This document shows positions 30,417 to 39,610 of a DNA stretch of 64,000 bases, in pieces (the stretch's first letter is position 1; each line of letters opens with the position of its first letter). The notes below the pieces were generated by a model. The model had not been told where the DNA came from, searched no databases, and worked only from the letters and a program-made list of their open reading frames with translations. This DNA comes from an uncultured Syntrophobacterales bacterium (GTDB lineage: Bacteria; Desulfobacterota; Binatia; UBA9968; JAJDTQ01), in contig CAYTMJ010000001.1 of the NCBI GenBank assembly GCA_964438895.1, forward strand, positions 223,746-287,745, given 5' to 3'. A program made the translations under genes and the position numbers.

Positions 30417-31945
30417 TTGTCATTCTGGACTTCGGATCGCAGTACACTCAGCTAATCGCTCGCCGAATACGTGAGGCGCACGTCTACTGCGAAATACTCC
30501 CCTTCGATACCCCCGTGGAGCGGCTGGCACAGCTCGAGCCGACTGGAGTCATCCTGTCCGGTGGTCCGGCAAGCGTCTACAGCAATGACGCACCCACCGT
30601 AGAGCGAGAACTGTTCCAGCTGTCGGTACCCTTCCTGGGAATTTGCTACGGCATGGGAATCATCAATCAGGCCATGGGGGGTAGCGTAGCCGAAGCTACA
30701 GAGCGTGAATTCGGGCTCGCCGACCTCACCATCGATGACTCTTCGGATCTGTTCGCCGGGCTCAACTCAGACAGCGTCGAAAGCGTGTGGATGAGCCACG
30801 GCGACCAGATGACGTCCCTTCCGGACGACTGGTCGGTGATCGCGCACACGGCCAATTCCCCCATCGCGGGCTTCGCCGACGATCGGCGACGGATCTACGG
30901 GCTCCAGTTTCATCCTGAGGTAGCGCATACCCGAAACGGACGGACCATACTGGAAAACTATCTATTCCGGGTCTGCCAGTGCGCCGCCGATTGGGACATG
31001 GAACACTTCGCCACCGCCGCCATAGAGCGGATTTCTCAACAGGTGGGTGAAGCACGCGTGCTGTGCGGGCTGAGCGGAGGGGTCGACTCATCGGTGGCTG
31101 CCACCCTGGTACACCGTGCCATCGGTGATCGACTCGTCTGCGTCTTCGTCAATAACGGGCTGTTGCGACAAGGGGAGGCCGAAGCGGTGTCCGAGGTCAT
31201 GGGGCAACGTTTCGGGGAAGGGTTCCGCTACGTGGACGCGTCCCGGCGGTTCCTGGACGTCCTGGAGGGCGTGACGGATCCTGAAGAGAAGCGCAAGCGG
31301 ATCGGCAACCTTTTCATTCAGGTCTTTGAAGACGAGACTCGTAAGCTCGGCGAATTTCCCTTCCTGTGCCAAGGGACCCTATACCCCGACGTCATCGAGT
31401 CAATCCCCCACGCTGGCCCGTCGGCACTCATCAAGAGCCATCACAACGGCGGAGGGTTACCGAAAAACATGAAATTCAAACTGGTGGAACCCCTCCGTGA
31501 GCTCTTCAAGGACGAGGTCCGTGAATTGGGCCGGGAGCTGGGGCTACCGGATCGGTGGATAAACAGACAGCCGTTCCCGGGGCCCGGTCTCGCCATCCGA
31601 ATCCTCGGCGACGTAACCGAAGAGCGCCTCCAGGTACTACGGGCCGCAGACGCCATCGTGGTAGAGGAGGTCCGTAATGCGGGCCTATACGACCGCATCT
31701 GGCAGGCCTTCGCAATCCTACTACCTATCAGGACTGTCGGCGTCATGGGCGACGAGCGGACCTACGAGAACGTTGCAGCCGTGAGAGCGGTAGAGAGCCA
31801 GGACGGCATGACCGCAGACTGGGTCCCATTACCCCCCGAGCTCCTTGGCCGTATTTCTAACCGTATCATCAACGAGGTGCGCGGAATCAACCGGGTAGTC
31901 TACGACATCTCCTCCAAACCCCCCGCCACTATTGAGTGGGAATAA
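30413..31945 (+). CDS. guaA: GMP synthase (glutamine-hydrolysing)
   Basis: A GATase1 domain followed by an ATP-pyrophosphatase SGGVDSS motif, ending in the typical C-terminus IEWE. Confidence 0.95.
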   Translation: MIVILDFGSQYTQLIARRIREAHVYCEILPFDTPVERLAQLEPTGVILSGGPASVYSNDAPTVERELFQLSVPFLGICYGMGIINQAMGGSVAEATEREFGLADLTIDDSSDLFAGLNSDSVESVWMSHGDQMTSLPDDWSVIAHTANSPIAGFADDRRRIYGLQFHPEVAHTRNGRTILENYLFRVCQCAADWDMEHFATAAIERISQQVGEARVLCGLSGGVDSSVAATLVHRAIGDRLVCVFVNNGLLRQGEAEAVSEVMGQRFGEGFRYVDASRRFLDVLEGVTDPEEKRKRIGNLFIQVFEDETRKLGEFPFLCQGTLYPDVIESIPHAGPSALIKSHHNGGGLPKNMKFKLVEPLRELFKDEVRELGRELGLPDRWINRQPFPGPGLAIRILGDVTEERLQVLRAADAIVVEEVRNAGLYDRIWQAFAILLPIRTVGVMGDERTYENVAAVRAVESQDGMTADWVPLPPELLGRISNRIINEVRGINRVVYDISSKPPATIEWE

Positions 31946-31976
31946 CAAATAGACTCTAACTTGTTGAACTCTTTTG

Positions 31977-32639
31977 TTATTCCTTCACCCTTTCCAGTGA
32001 AGCCTTTCGTAAATAAGGCAAAATTGTCTCAAATTTTCCATATTTGGCTGTCGCTGCCTCGTCGCTTACAGATGTGGGGATGATAATTTCATCCCCTACT
32101 TTCCAATTCACCGGAGTCGCAACTGTGTGTTTAGTAGAAGTTTGTAAAGCATCGAGTGCACGAAGGACTTCCGCAAAATTCCTTCCTACCGTCATCGGAT
32201 AGGTAAGTGATAATTTAAGCGTTTTATCTGGTCCGATAATGAACACGGAACGCACGGTCGCACTGTCATTTGGCGTTCTCCCATCTGGGAGATACGCCTC
32301 GGCAGGCAGCATGTCGAACGCTTTCGACACAATCAAATCGTCGTCAGCGATGATCGGGAATTCGGGTCTACTACCCCCTACTCTCTCAATGTCCTTCTTC
32401 CAGAGCTTATGATCTTCGGCGCTGTCAACAGATACGCCTATTACTTTAGTATGACGCACCTTCCACTCTTCTGCTAATTTTGCTACTTCGCCGAATTCGG
32501 TCGTACAAACGGGCGTAAAATCCTTGGGGTGAGAAAACAGGATCGCCCAATCTTCGCCAATCCAGTCATGGAGTGAAAATGTCCCCTCATCCGTATTAAC
32601 AACCAAGTTTGGTATTGTATCATTGATTCGAATAGCCAT
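31977..32639 (-). CDS. 1-Cys peroxiredoxin (Prx6-type)
   Basis: PVCTTE peroxidatic-Cys motif and 220 aa length. Local GC is noticeably lower. Confidence 0.9.
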   Translation of the reverse strand: MAIRINDTIPNLVVNTDEGTFSLHDWIGEDWAILFSHPKDFTPVCTTEFGEVAKLAEEWKVRHTKVIGVSVDSAEDHKLWKKDIERVGGSRPEFPIIADDDLIVSKAFDMLPAEAYLPDGRTPNDSATVRSVFIIGPDKTLKLSLTYPMTVGRNFAEVLRALDALQTSTKHTVATPVNWKVGDEIIIPTSVSDEAATAKYGKFETILPYLRKASLERVKE

Positions 32640-32784
32640 TGATATCTCCCTCTAGTGTGATTTGAACGTTATACTCAGGGCAAACGCTGAAGTTCAATCC
32701 TCGATCCGCATGGTGGATCAGACAACAAACCCGTTTTTATTGACCTTACGTGCAAAGGCTTGAGCAAATTTGGTCATGCCGTAA

Positions 32785-33192
32785 AACTCCCTTCTCCCAC
32801 TTCGACAAAGTATATTAAACTTAAGTAATCTACTATATCAGGTATTACAAACCAAGCAAGAGCAGCGGCACAAACTGCAAGCTTGGCGCTTTGGAAACGT
32901 TTTTGCTGTTAAGCCGCTTCAGCTAACGGGAACAATTGTTAAGAGCGAGCGCGGTGGAGCTGCAATTTCAGCGCAAAGCGTCACAAATGTCTTCTTCGCG
33001 CTATATCAGCGTTTAGGTTATGCGGGATGCGCGTCACATTCGGGACGAAGGACAGCGATCACACGTTGGAGCAGGAAAATCAGTTCAGTTGGTGGTAGTC
33101 TGCGGGATGTACAATCTCTAGCTCGTCATTCGAGCTTACAGATGACACAGAAATATATTGAGGTGTCAGAAGATGCCTGCAGGAGAGTAGTT
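32785..33192 (+). pseudogene. Tyrosine recombinase (phage integrase) C-terminal fragment with no start codon
   Basis: In-frame translation gives ...GCASHSGRRTAITRW...LRDVQSLARHSSLQMTQKYIEV..., matching the integrase box II/III region (HxLRH..AT, LGHSS..MT..Y) with the catalytic Tyr. There is no Met or N-terminal domain upstream, since a stop codon sits at 32782. Confidence 0.6.
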
Positions 33193-33604
33193 GGGTAGTA
33201 GCTTCGCAGTGAGAAGCGAAAAGTACAGGAATAGCGGTTTTCATAGCTGAAACTCTATAATTACGCGGCAGAGCTTAGCCACCTGGAATAAGACATAACA
33301 AGCCAAGCTCCGTCGCCGCGCCTCCGGAACACGACACGATGGCCGTCCCACGGACGTCGCCATGGGTAATCGCTCCCCTGGTCCCCAGAGGACCCTGGCG
33401 CTCCGCTAATACGGAAGGTTCGCCAGGCGCACTAACCCATGCAGAAGAAACGCACCCATTATAGAACTAGATAGCCTGGAAACCCTAAACTTCACTCAGC
33501 AGGATATCGATTCTTTACGGAAAATTTACGACGATTAGCGGAACGACGACGGTACGTGCGCGAAGCCTGCGGGGTGGCCAGGATGATTACAGATAGTCAC
33601 CCGA

Positions 33605-35062
33605 CTATGAAGTTGCTTCATGGGTTCCATTTTGGCAACAACTGGATGTGATGAACAGGGAGTCTTCCTCCTCCAACGAATCCGGCAGCTGCTCCAACTT
33701 ACTTCGCTCCCACCACTGCTTGGCTAGGTTATAATGGGACAACACTATAAGACGCGTAGCGATTAAAAGCCGCGCTGCGGCAGCACTACTCAATCCGCCC
33801 TGGGAGTCGGCGTGTGCTACTGCAGAATGCGCAAGATCGAAAAACGCCTTTTCTGACATCTGGTTGGCACTTTTAACGGCAGCGAACACAGACCGCCCCC
33901 AGCCATCACCTTTCGGCTGCATTAGAGAGGAACTTTCAGGACGTTCCCACAGGGATGGCAGGGTAAAACGTGACCGAACCAGCTTGACCGCATTTTGATA
34001 TTTGGGCTTCATAATGCGCGAATTAAATAAGAGGCTTGCTCCGATCTCCGCCTTTCCGGCACGCATAAAGTACTCGCCTGCCCTAGCCAGTATCTCAGCC
34101 TTCTCCTGAGTCGCGTCAACAAGTTGGTTGGCGTGCGACTGAAAATGACCGCCAGCCTTTTCATAGTCTCCTCTTGCAACCGCCATAATTGCCTTTGTGC
34201 GCTCATCAAAAACGGGGGGGGTCTTGATACTTGTGGGGCGGGGAGGCGGGGTACTACTAAGCAAATCGGGCCATACTTGCTGCTCTTCCATCCAGTTAAA
34301 TAACTGATCAAAAAGAGGGCGGTTACTTTCAGCCCACGATATCAGACGTGGAAGTTCTGGAAGCTTCATGCAGATTGGTATGGGCGTCCGGGCACTTTCC
34401 AACAAGTCAGAAAATTTATGAGAATTGCCCCGCACTGGTATGAATGGTGTCCGCGCTCGGCAGGAAGCATACATGCCGTGATGACGACCGCTAATCAGAA
34501 GGCCGGCCGTGCGTAACGTTTTTACAAGAGATGACCATGTCATTTCCCGCATGTCGATATGACCCCACTCGTCACTCTTAGGCCCGGAAAGCCATACAAA
34601 ACCGAAATCATCTGAGAAAATATCTGTAATAACGACGGCGCCGCCCAAGTCCGAATACGGTGCAGTTTCATCTACTGGGGCGAAATACGACAAGTCGAGC
34701 ATAGCGTGAACATCAATCCCGTGGTTCTTGGCCAGGTCAGATTTGCTGGAATAACCCCGTACAGTAAACCCGTCGAGTTTCACAAGAACGGAGTCGTAAG
34801 TGTTCGGATTGCTGTCCCACAAACTATTTATCAAAAACGTTTTTTTTCCATCGGCTTGAGCTTCTGCAAGTAGTCTCATTTTTACGTGAAACGCCGAAGA
34901 CGAATGATGCATAGACCCCTCGCCATTTACAACCAAGGCATCATAGTCATCCCCTTCGTTGACAATTTCGCCAATTCGTAAAAGCCGACTACGGATCACC
35001 TCACTAACCGCGTGAGAACCGCAATGATAATTTGCATGATCTCCAGCAAACTTAAATCTCAC
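33605..35062 (-). CDS. Polysaccharide pyruvyl transferase-family protein (CsaB/WcaK-like) with a C-terminal helical extension
   Basis: The N-terminal ~250 aa align by eye to the PS_pyruv_trans pattern (FAGDHANYHCGSHAV; DALVVNGEGS). Local GC is lower. Confidence 0.5.
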   Translation of the reverse strand: MRFKFAGDHANYHCGSHAVSEVIRSRLLRIGEIVNEGDDYDALVVNGEGSMHHSSSAFHVKMRLLAEAQADGKKTFLINSLWDSNPNTYDSVLVKLDGFTVRGYSSKSDLAKNHGIDVHAMLDLSYFAPVDETAPYSDLGGAVVITDIFSDDFGFVWLSGPKSDEWGHIDMREMTWSSLVKTLRTAGLLISGRHHGMYASCRARTPFIPVRGNSHKFSDLLESARTPIPICMKLPELPRLISWAESNRPLFDQLFNWMEEQQVWPDLLSSTPPPRPTSIKTPPVFDERTKAIMAVARGDYEKAGGHFQSHANQLVDATQEKAEILARAGEYFMRAGKAEIGASLLFNSRIMKPKYQNAVKLVRSRFTLPSLWERPESSSLMQPKGDGWGRSVFAAVKSANQMSEKAFFDLAHSAVAHADSQGGLSSAAAARLLIATRLIVLSHYNLAKQWWERSKLEQLPDSLEEEDSLFITSSCCQNGTHEATS

Positions 35063-37161
35063 CTTATGCTTTCCTCCTTATAAAGCCACTTCCTGAGCAA
35101 GTCGGAGGATGCTTTTACTGATCCAGAAAAACCATCCTCCGGGGCGCCGGACACAACCCGACATGAAGGGGCCCAAATCTGGGTTGTTGAATCCCGACGA
35201 CGCGATTGTGCTAGCGCATGAAATGGATGGACTGCCATAATCGTCGGTGTGCCCACAGCTCCCGCCAAATGACCCGTGGTGGAGGGAACTGAGATGACAA
35301 AATCGAGCTCTAACAGTAGGGCGGCTAATGCTTCGAAATTGTTCATCATGTCAATGCCATCAAATCGACACAGGTTCTGTGAACCCGGAACGTTGGAGCG
35401 GTCCAACTCAGCTTCCTTGCCAAATTGAAGGTCCACGATCACAGCGGGGAGTCCCGCCAAACAACTAATCCAATCCGATAGCGACGAGATCCGTTTTAGT
35501 CGACGTACGCCGCCAAGATGCGTGCGCCAGAAGAGTCCAACTTTCGGTTGTCCCCCGAGTTTGGCGAGGCGACCCTTCATCTCGCGCCTTAACCCGGAAC
35601 TGGGAATTACCACCCTTTGCCGGGTAGGGAGATCCGCCTCTGATTTCGTAACAATGCTTTCCAAATCCCGTAAGCACAAAACAATATCGAACTTTGGCAT
35701 CTGCAAATAAAGACTTTCGTCAACGAATGGCCTTAAAACAGGTGGTACCAAGCCTCCATTGTCGCTGCCTGACTTCGCAACGCCCACGACCGAATATTTC
35801 CGACCGCGGGACACAAGACGTTGCATCCGTTTATCAACGGCAAGTGTCATAGATTTACAACCAGAAATATCATTTAAACGATCCGCAAAATCGAGCAGCC
35901 GCACCTCGTCACCCGCTTCCGTAAATCCAACCACCAAAAGAGTGCGCCCTCGCAGCGAATCTAGGGCGATAGTTGGGCTGGCTAAGTTTGGTAATTCCTC
36001 ACGCCAAAAGCGTCGACTGACAGAGGTCGCGCGCCACTGAAACGATAAGCCACCCCGGAACCATCCGGTAGCCAGCCATGCTAAATTTTGAATATCAGAG
36101 TCAACGCCGCCAATCAGATTCTTCTTGACCAGCCGACGCAGAGCCAAAGACACGCCCGTTCGGTTTTTGAGGGCAAGCTCGTAAGGTAATCGCATTAAGA
36201 TTGCCTTGCTCTCGTTTCTCTCACACTCCAGGAGGAAACTCATTGCTGCAATGTGCCCCAGATAATGTGCTGCCTCCGACAACGGCGCTATCCATGATTG
36301 ATGCCCCCGTTCGGCGAAAATAGTTGGCAAATTATTCAGAAGTATCTCAACCTCACTTTTATCGCCAAGCTTAAGCAAGGCCAAAGCCCAATTGCCTAAA
36401 TGTTCTGAGTCTCCCTTCTTCACCAACCGTTTTAACTTCCCGATATTACGCACAATCTGTTGCGTGGAAAAGTCTTTCGTAATTGCAGCCAATCTATTGA
36501 CTGCCGTCACAAAATACCCACTACACGATTCCATCTGGTCAGAAATTATTGAATTATATTCAGCGGCCGCTTTCCCAATTTGTCCTGTATTTTGAAAGCA
36601 CAACGCGATATTAACCTTACGTTTTGTAGTGAGGTCGACTTGTTTGAATAGTAAATAGGTGGCTAGAGCCGAGGAAAAATTTCGTTTGCGTAGAAACGCG
36701 TTCCCTAAGATATCCAAGTCGGTAGCCTTGGGAGGATCGTCATCTACCCTACGTGCCCCATCGATCATTGACTGCGCAACAGCGCGTAAGCAGAGGGTCA
36801 TGCCTTGACGAAAGACAACGGCTTCCAAGCGCTCAGCTGGAACAGCTTCAAATAACTGGTTGAATTGCTGCGACTTTTGGATAGTATCGATAATAGCAGC
36901 AGCGTCTGATTCCCCGCCCTGTAAACCAGCAATTCGTTCTCCAGCCTCGATAGCTATATGAAGCTTCTTGGCGTCGATCGCATATGTCGCGAGCCGCTTC
37001 CAGTTGGCAATTGAATTGGGATTTTCGTTACAAATAGCCCCCTGAAGTTGGCAGGCGTGGGAAAAATGCCGAGCTAAATAGAAGTTCTCGGCGCGCTTGG
37101 CGCGGAGCCAGGCCATTCCTAAAAAAGGAATATGTCTATAAAATGAAAAAGCACGATGCAT
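35059..37161 (-). CDS. TPR-like N-terminal domain fused to a glycosyltransferase family 9 (heptosyltransferase-like) domain
   Basis: The C-terminal ~330 aa carry a GT9 signature (FDGIDMMNNFEALAALLLELDFVISVPSTTGHLAGAVGTPTIMAV). The N-terminal half is repetitive and helical. The gene overlaps its upstream neighbour by 4 bp. Confidence 0.65.
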   Translation of the reverse strand: MHRAFSFYRHIPFLGMAWLRAKRAENFYLARHFSHACQLQGAICNENPNSIANWKRLATYAIDAKKLHIAIEAGERIAGLQGGESDAAAIIDTIQKSQQFNQLFEAVPAERLEAVVFRQGMTLCLRAVAQSMIDGARRVDDDPPKATDLDILGNAFLRKRNFSSALATYLLFKQVDLTTKRKVNIALCFQNTGQIGKAAAEYNSIISDQMESCSGYFVTAVNRLAAITKDFSTQQIVRNIGKLKRLVKKGDSEHLGNWALALLKLGDKSEVEILLNNLPTIFAERGHQSWIAPLSEAAHYLGHIAAMSFLLECERNESKAILMRLPYELALKNRTGVSLALRRLVKKNLIGGVDSDIQNLAWLATGWFRGGLSFQWRATSVSRRFWREELPNLASPTIALDSLRGRTLLVVGFTEAGDEVRLLDFADRLNDISGCKSMTLAVDKRMQRLVSRGRKYSVVGVAKSGSDNGGLVPPVLRPFVDESLYLQMPKFDIVLCLRDLESIVTKSEADLPTRQRVVIPSSGLRREMKGRLAKLGGQPKVGLFWRTHLGGVRRLKRISSLSDWISCLAGLPAVIVDLQFGKEAELDRSNVPGSQNLCRFDGIDMMNNFEALAALLLELDFVISVPSTTGHLAGAVGTPTIMAVHPFHALAQSRRRDSTTQIWAPSCRVVSGAPEDGFSGSVKASSDLLRKWLYKEESIR

Positions 37162-37237
37162 TCAAGGGAACCTCTGATAATACACGTTTTCTCTGATCCC
37201 GCACTTCTACCCCGCGGTCTATCGCATCGCTTGCTCC

Positions 37238-37528
37238 CTATTCAATCAGCTTGGCATCCGTAATATCCAAGATTGTTTCAAACCCTTCTTCCCAACCCCA
37301 AAACTCTGCCCCACTAACACCCTCCAGTTCCCCAGACAAGCCAACAAGCCTGGCTCCATCACCGTTCTCATACATCTCCTCAAGCCACTCCTCAGCTTCC
37401 GCCGCACTACCCATATCATCAGGTGATGCTTGTTCGCCCTTGAGGGTTACTGCTTCGTGGATACGGTCATCAGTCATTGGCTCAAACGTGATTTCGAAGA
37501 AAATCCTATATGCGGTCATAATCAGCAA
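37238..37528 (-). CDS. Small highly acidic protein (96 aa), paralog family member A1
   Basis: Conserved N-terminus (AYRxFFxITFEP) and C-terminus (FWGWEEGFETILDITDAKLIE) shared with two other copies. About 27 Asp/Glu versus 5 Lys/Arg. Confidence 0.6.
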   Translation of the reverse strand: MLIMTAYRIFFEITFEPMTDDRIHEAVTLKGEQASPDDMGSAAEAEEWLEEMYENGDGARLVGLSGELEGVSGAEFWGWEEGFETILDITDAKLIE

Positions 37529-37565
37529 CTCCGCGCTGTTTAGTTAGATCGTTGTTAGAGAACTC

Positions 37566-38366
37566 CTATTTATCCAGGTAGTTTGTAGCACTGCCCAAGA
37601 ACCTCCCATATTCGCACCCTGCCGGATGGTCGGGGCAAACCGAGGTTTCGAGAGTTTCCTTAATATCGAAGAGAACGTTCTCCACCCACTCGACATTTCC
37701 TTCATAGGGTAAAATGGTGGTGTTGAATTTCATCCACGCAACACCAGGGTCATCAGCACTGATCATGCCTTCAATGCCGATATGTTGCCCATCCACATAA
37801 ACAAAATATCCAACATCACTAACGACAAAATCTTTCTGTCTCATGATCCATTGATACATATCCATTTGTCGCTTGAAACTGCCCTTCCATTCCCCATTGA
37901 GGGTAACAGGCGAAGGATTGTTGCCCAATTGAGCGGTGCTCTTATAGTCCACGATGTGGAGTAGTTGTTTTTGCTGATCGATCCAAACATCATCCACGCC
38001 GCCCCCAAAGCGAATGTTTGTTTTCTTATGCACAAAGCTGAAGTACTCGTCGGACACTCCAAAGTGAAGAGCATTCATCCATTTTTCAATATTGTCGTGC
38101 TGAAACGGTATAAGGTGGGACAGGTTGTTTTGGACCATTAGGGGGTGTGGTTTTTCTCCTCTGCAACTGTCGAAATCGCGCTTGAGGAGGGTGTCGGTGT
38201 TGGTATTTAGGTTGAAGCCCGGCATTGATGGGAATTGAATCCCTGCCACCCGGTCCAACCAAAAACAAGCCGGACAACGTACATACATTTCAACTTTGCT
38301 TCGAGATAGCTCGTAGGGTTCAGTTTTGGAAGGATCGTATCGTCCTCTATTTCGGGGCATTTTCAC
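37566..38366 (-). CDS. Cas4-like PD-(D/E)XK nuclease (RecB-family nuclease domain with a 4-Cys cluster)
   Basis: N-terminal YVRCPACFWL (matching the Cas4 YxxCPRxxW motif), motif II GGVDDVWID, motif III LHIVDYKST, a QxxxY motif (RQMDMYQ) and a C-terminal Cys pair (CPDHPAGC). Confidence 0.6.
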   Translation of the reverse strand: MKMPRNRGRYDPSKTEPYELSRSKVEMYVRCPACFWLDRVAGIQFPSMPGFNLNTNTDTLLKRDFDSCRGEKPHPLMVQNNLSHLIPFQHDNIEKWMNALHFGVSDEYFSFVHKKTNIRFGGGVDDVWIDQQKQLLHIVDYKSTAQLGNNPSPVTLNGEWKGSFKRQMDMYQWIMRQKDFVVSDVGYFVYVDGQHIGIEGMISADDPGVAWMKFNTTILPYEGNVEWVENVLFDIKETLETSVCPDHPAGCEYGRFLGSATNYLDK

Positions 38367-38506
38367 ACCTCAAATCAAATCTAGCCTGTTGAAATAATGA
38401 GACTGTTATTCTTCACACTTTTGCGCTCTACGAAGAATCGTAAGCATGTTCGATGAACCGCATACATAATATAGCGAGTTCATTCGCTTGCTCTACCACC
38501 GCTATC

Positions 38507-38800
38507 TCCCTATTCAATCAGCTTGGCATCCGTAATATCCAAGATTGTTTCAAACCCTTCTTCCCAACCCCAAAATTCTGCCCCACCAACGCCTTCCAGT
38601 TCCCCAGACAAGCCAACAAGCTTTGTTGCGTCTCCGTTCATAAACATCTTTTCAAGCCACTCTCCAGCATCGTCCGCACCATCCATATCATCAGGCGAGC
38701 TTTGTTCGCCCTTGAGGGTGATTGCCGCGTGGGTACCGTCATCTCCCAACGGCTCAAATGTGATGGTGAAAAAAACCCTATATGCAGGCATAGGCAGCAA
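38507..38800. repeat. Gene-length direct repeat (~85% nt identity) with 37235-37528
   Basis: The two small acidic genes are near-identical at the DNA level and flank the nuclease gene, while the flanking sequence has diverged. Confidence 0.7.
38510..38800 (-). CDS. Small highly acidic protein (96 aa), paralog A2
   Basis: About 80% aa identity to A1. Confidence 0.6.
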   Translation of the reverse strand: MLPMPAYRVFFTITFEPLGDDGTHAAITLKGEQSSPDDMDGADDAGEWLEKMFMNGDATKLVGLSGELEGVGGAEFWGWEEGFETILDITDAKLIE

Positions 38801-38964
38801 TACTCCAATCCGTACAATAAATAGGCCAGTCTGGAAGGACGGCTACGATTGATGTTGAGCAGATGAAGAAACTCACAGACAGGGGGATCGGTGCACCGTT
38901 GACTGATCACGGAGTGAAATCGACAGAACAAGCGTCTACCGAGTTCTCGGCAACTAGGTTGAGA

Positions 38965-39465
38965 TCAGTCGGAAATCTTATCCCCATTCTTGTACGTTCC
39001 GGTCCAATTCTCATTCACAGTACCGTCTCTATAGTAATCGACCCAAGCGCCTTCTCGCTTACCGTTCTTGTAGATTCCTTTCATCCATAACTGACCGTTT
39101 CCGTGGTACCCCACCCAAGGGCCGCTCGTCGTTTCGTCTAACTCTGCGCCAAGTTTTCCATCGGGTTTGTAAGAAACCCACGGACCCTCTTCCTTACCGT
39201 TCTTATAGGTTCCTTTCATCCATAACTGACCGCTTTCGTAGTAGTGAGCCCACGGACCGTGCTGTTTCCCGTCCTTGAACGACCCCTGAATTCTCCCCGT
39301 CACCTTCCCTGTGAAGGGCACATCGGCCGACTTCTCATAATAGAGACCGTCCCATTTCACCAAGTCTTGGTAGTTCACGACCGTCCCCTCGCTGCGAAAG
39401 TGGGGAACAAGAAAACCATAAACGCCAGTGCTGTGAAGATGTGATTCACGCGGGAATTCTCTCAC
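38965..39465 (-). CDS. MORN-repeat variant protein (YwqK-like, MORN_2)
   Basis: Repeated 'G.W..Y..NG.L...G.YKNGK.EG.W' units. Confidence 0.7.
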   Translation of the reverse strand: MREFPRESHLHSTGVYGFLVPHFRSEGTVVNYQDLVKWDGLYYEKSADVPFTGKVTGRIQGSFKDGKQHGPWAHYYESGQLWMKGTYKNGKEEGPWVSYKPDGKLGAELDETTSGPWVGYHGNGQLWMKGIYKNGKREGAWVDYYRDGTVNENWTGTYKNGDKISD

Positions 39466-39610
39466 AAACTGGAGGTAAATTGGAAGTTCGGCGAACTCAA
39501 AGCGGAAGCTGTTTTATTTGTAATTATTAGTAAACTCCCGTGCACAAACACAACAGGCTACTGGCATTTACGACAACCGATCCGGGTGGCTGTCGGTTAC
39601 TCGCCTCGTG

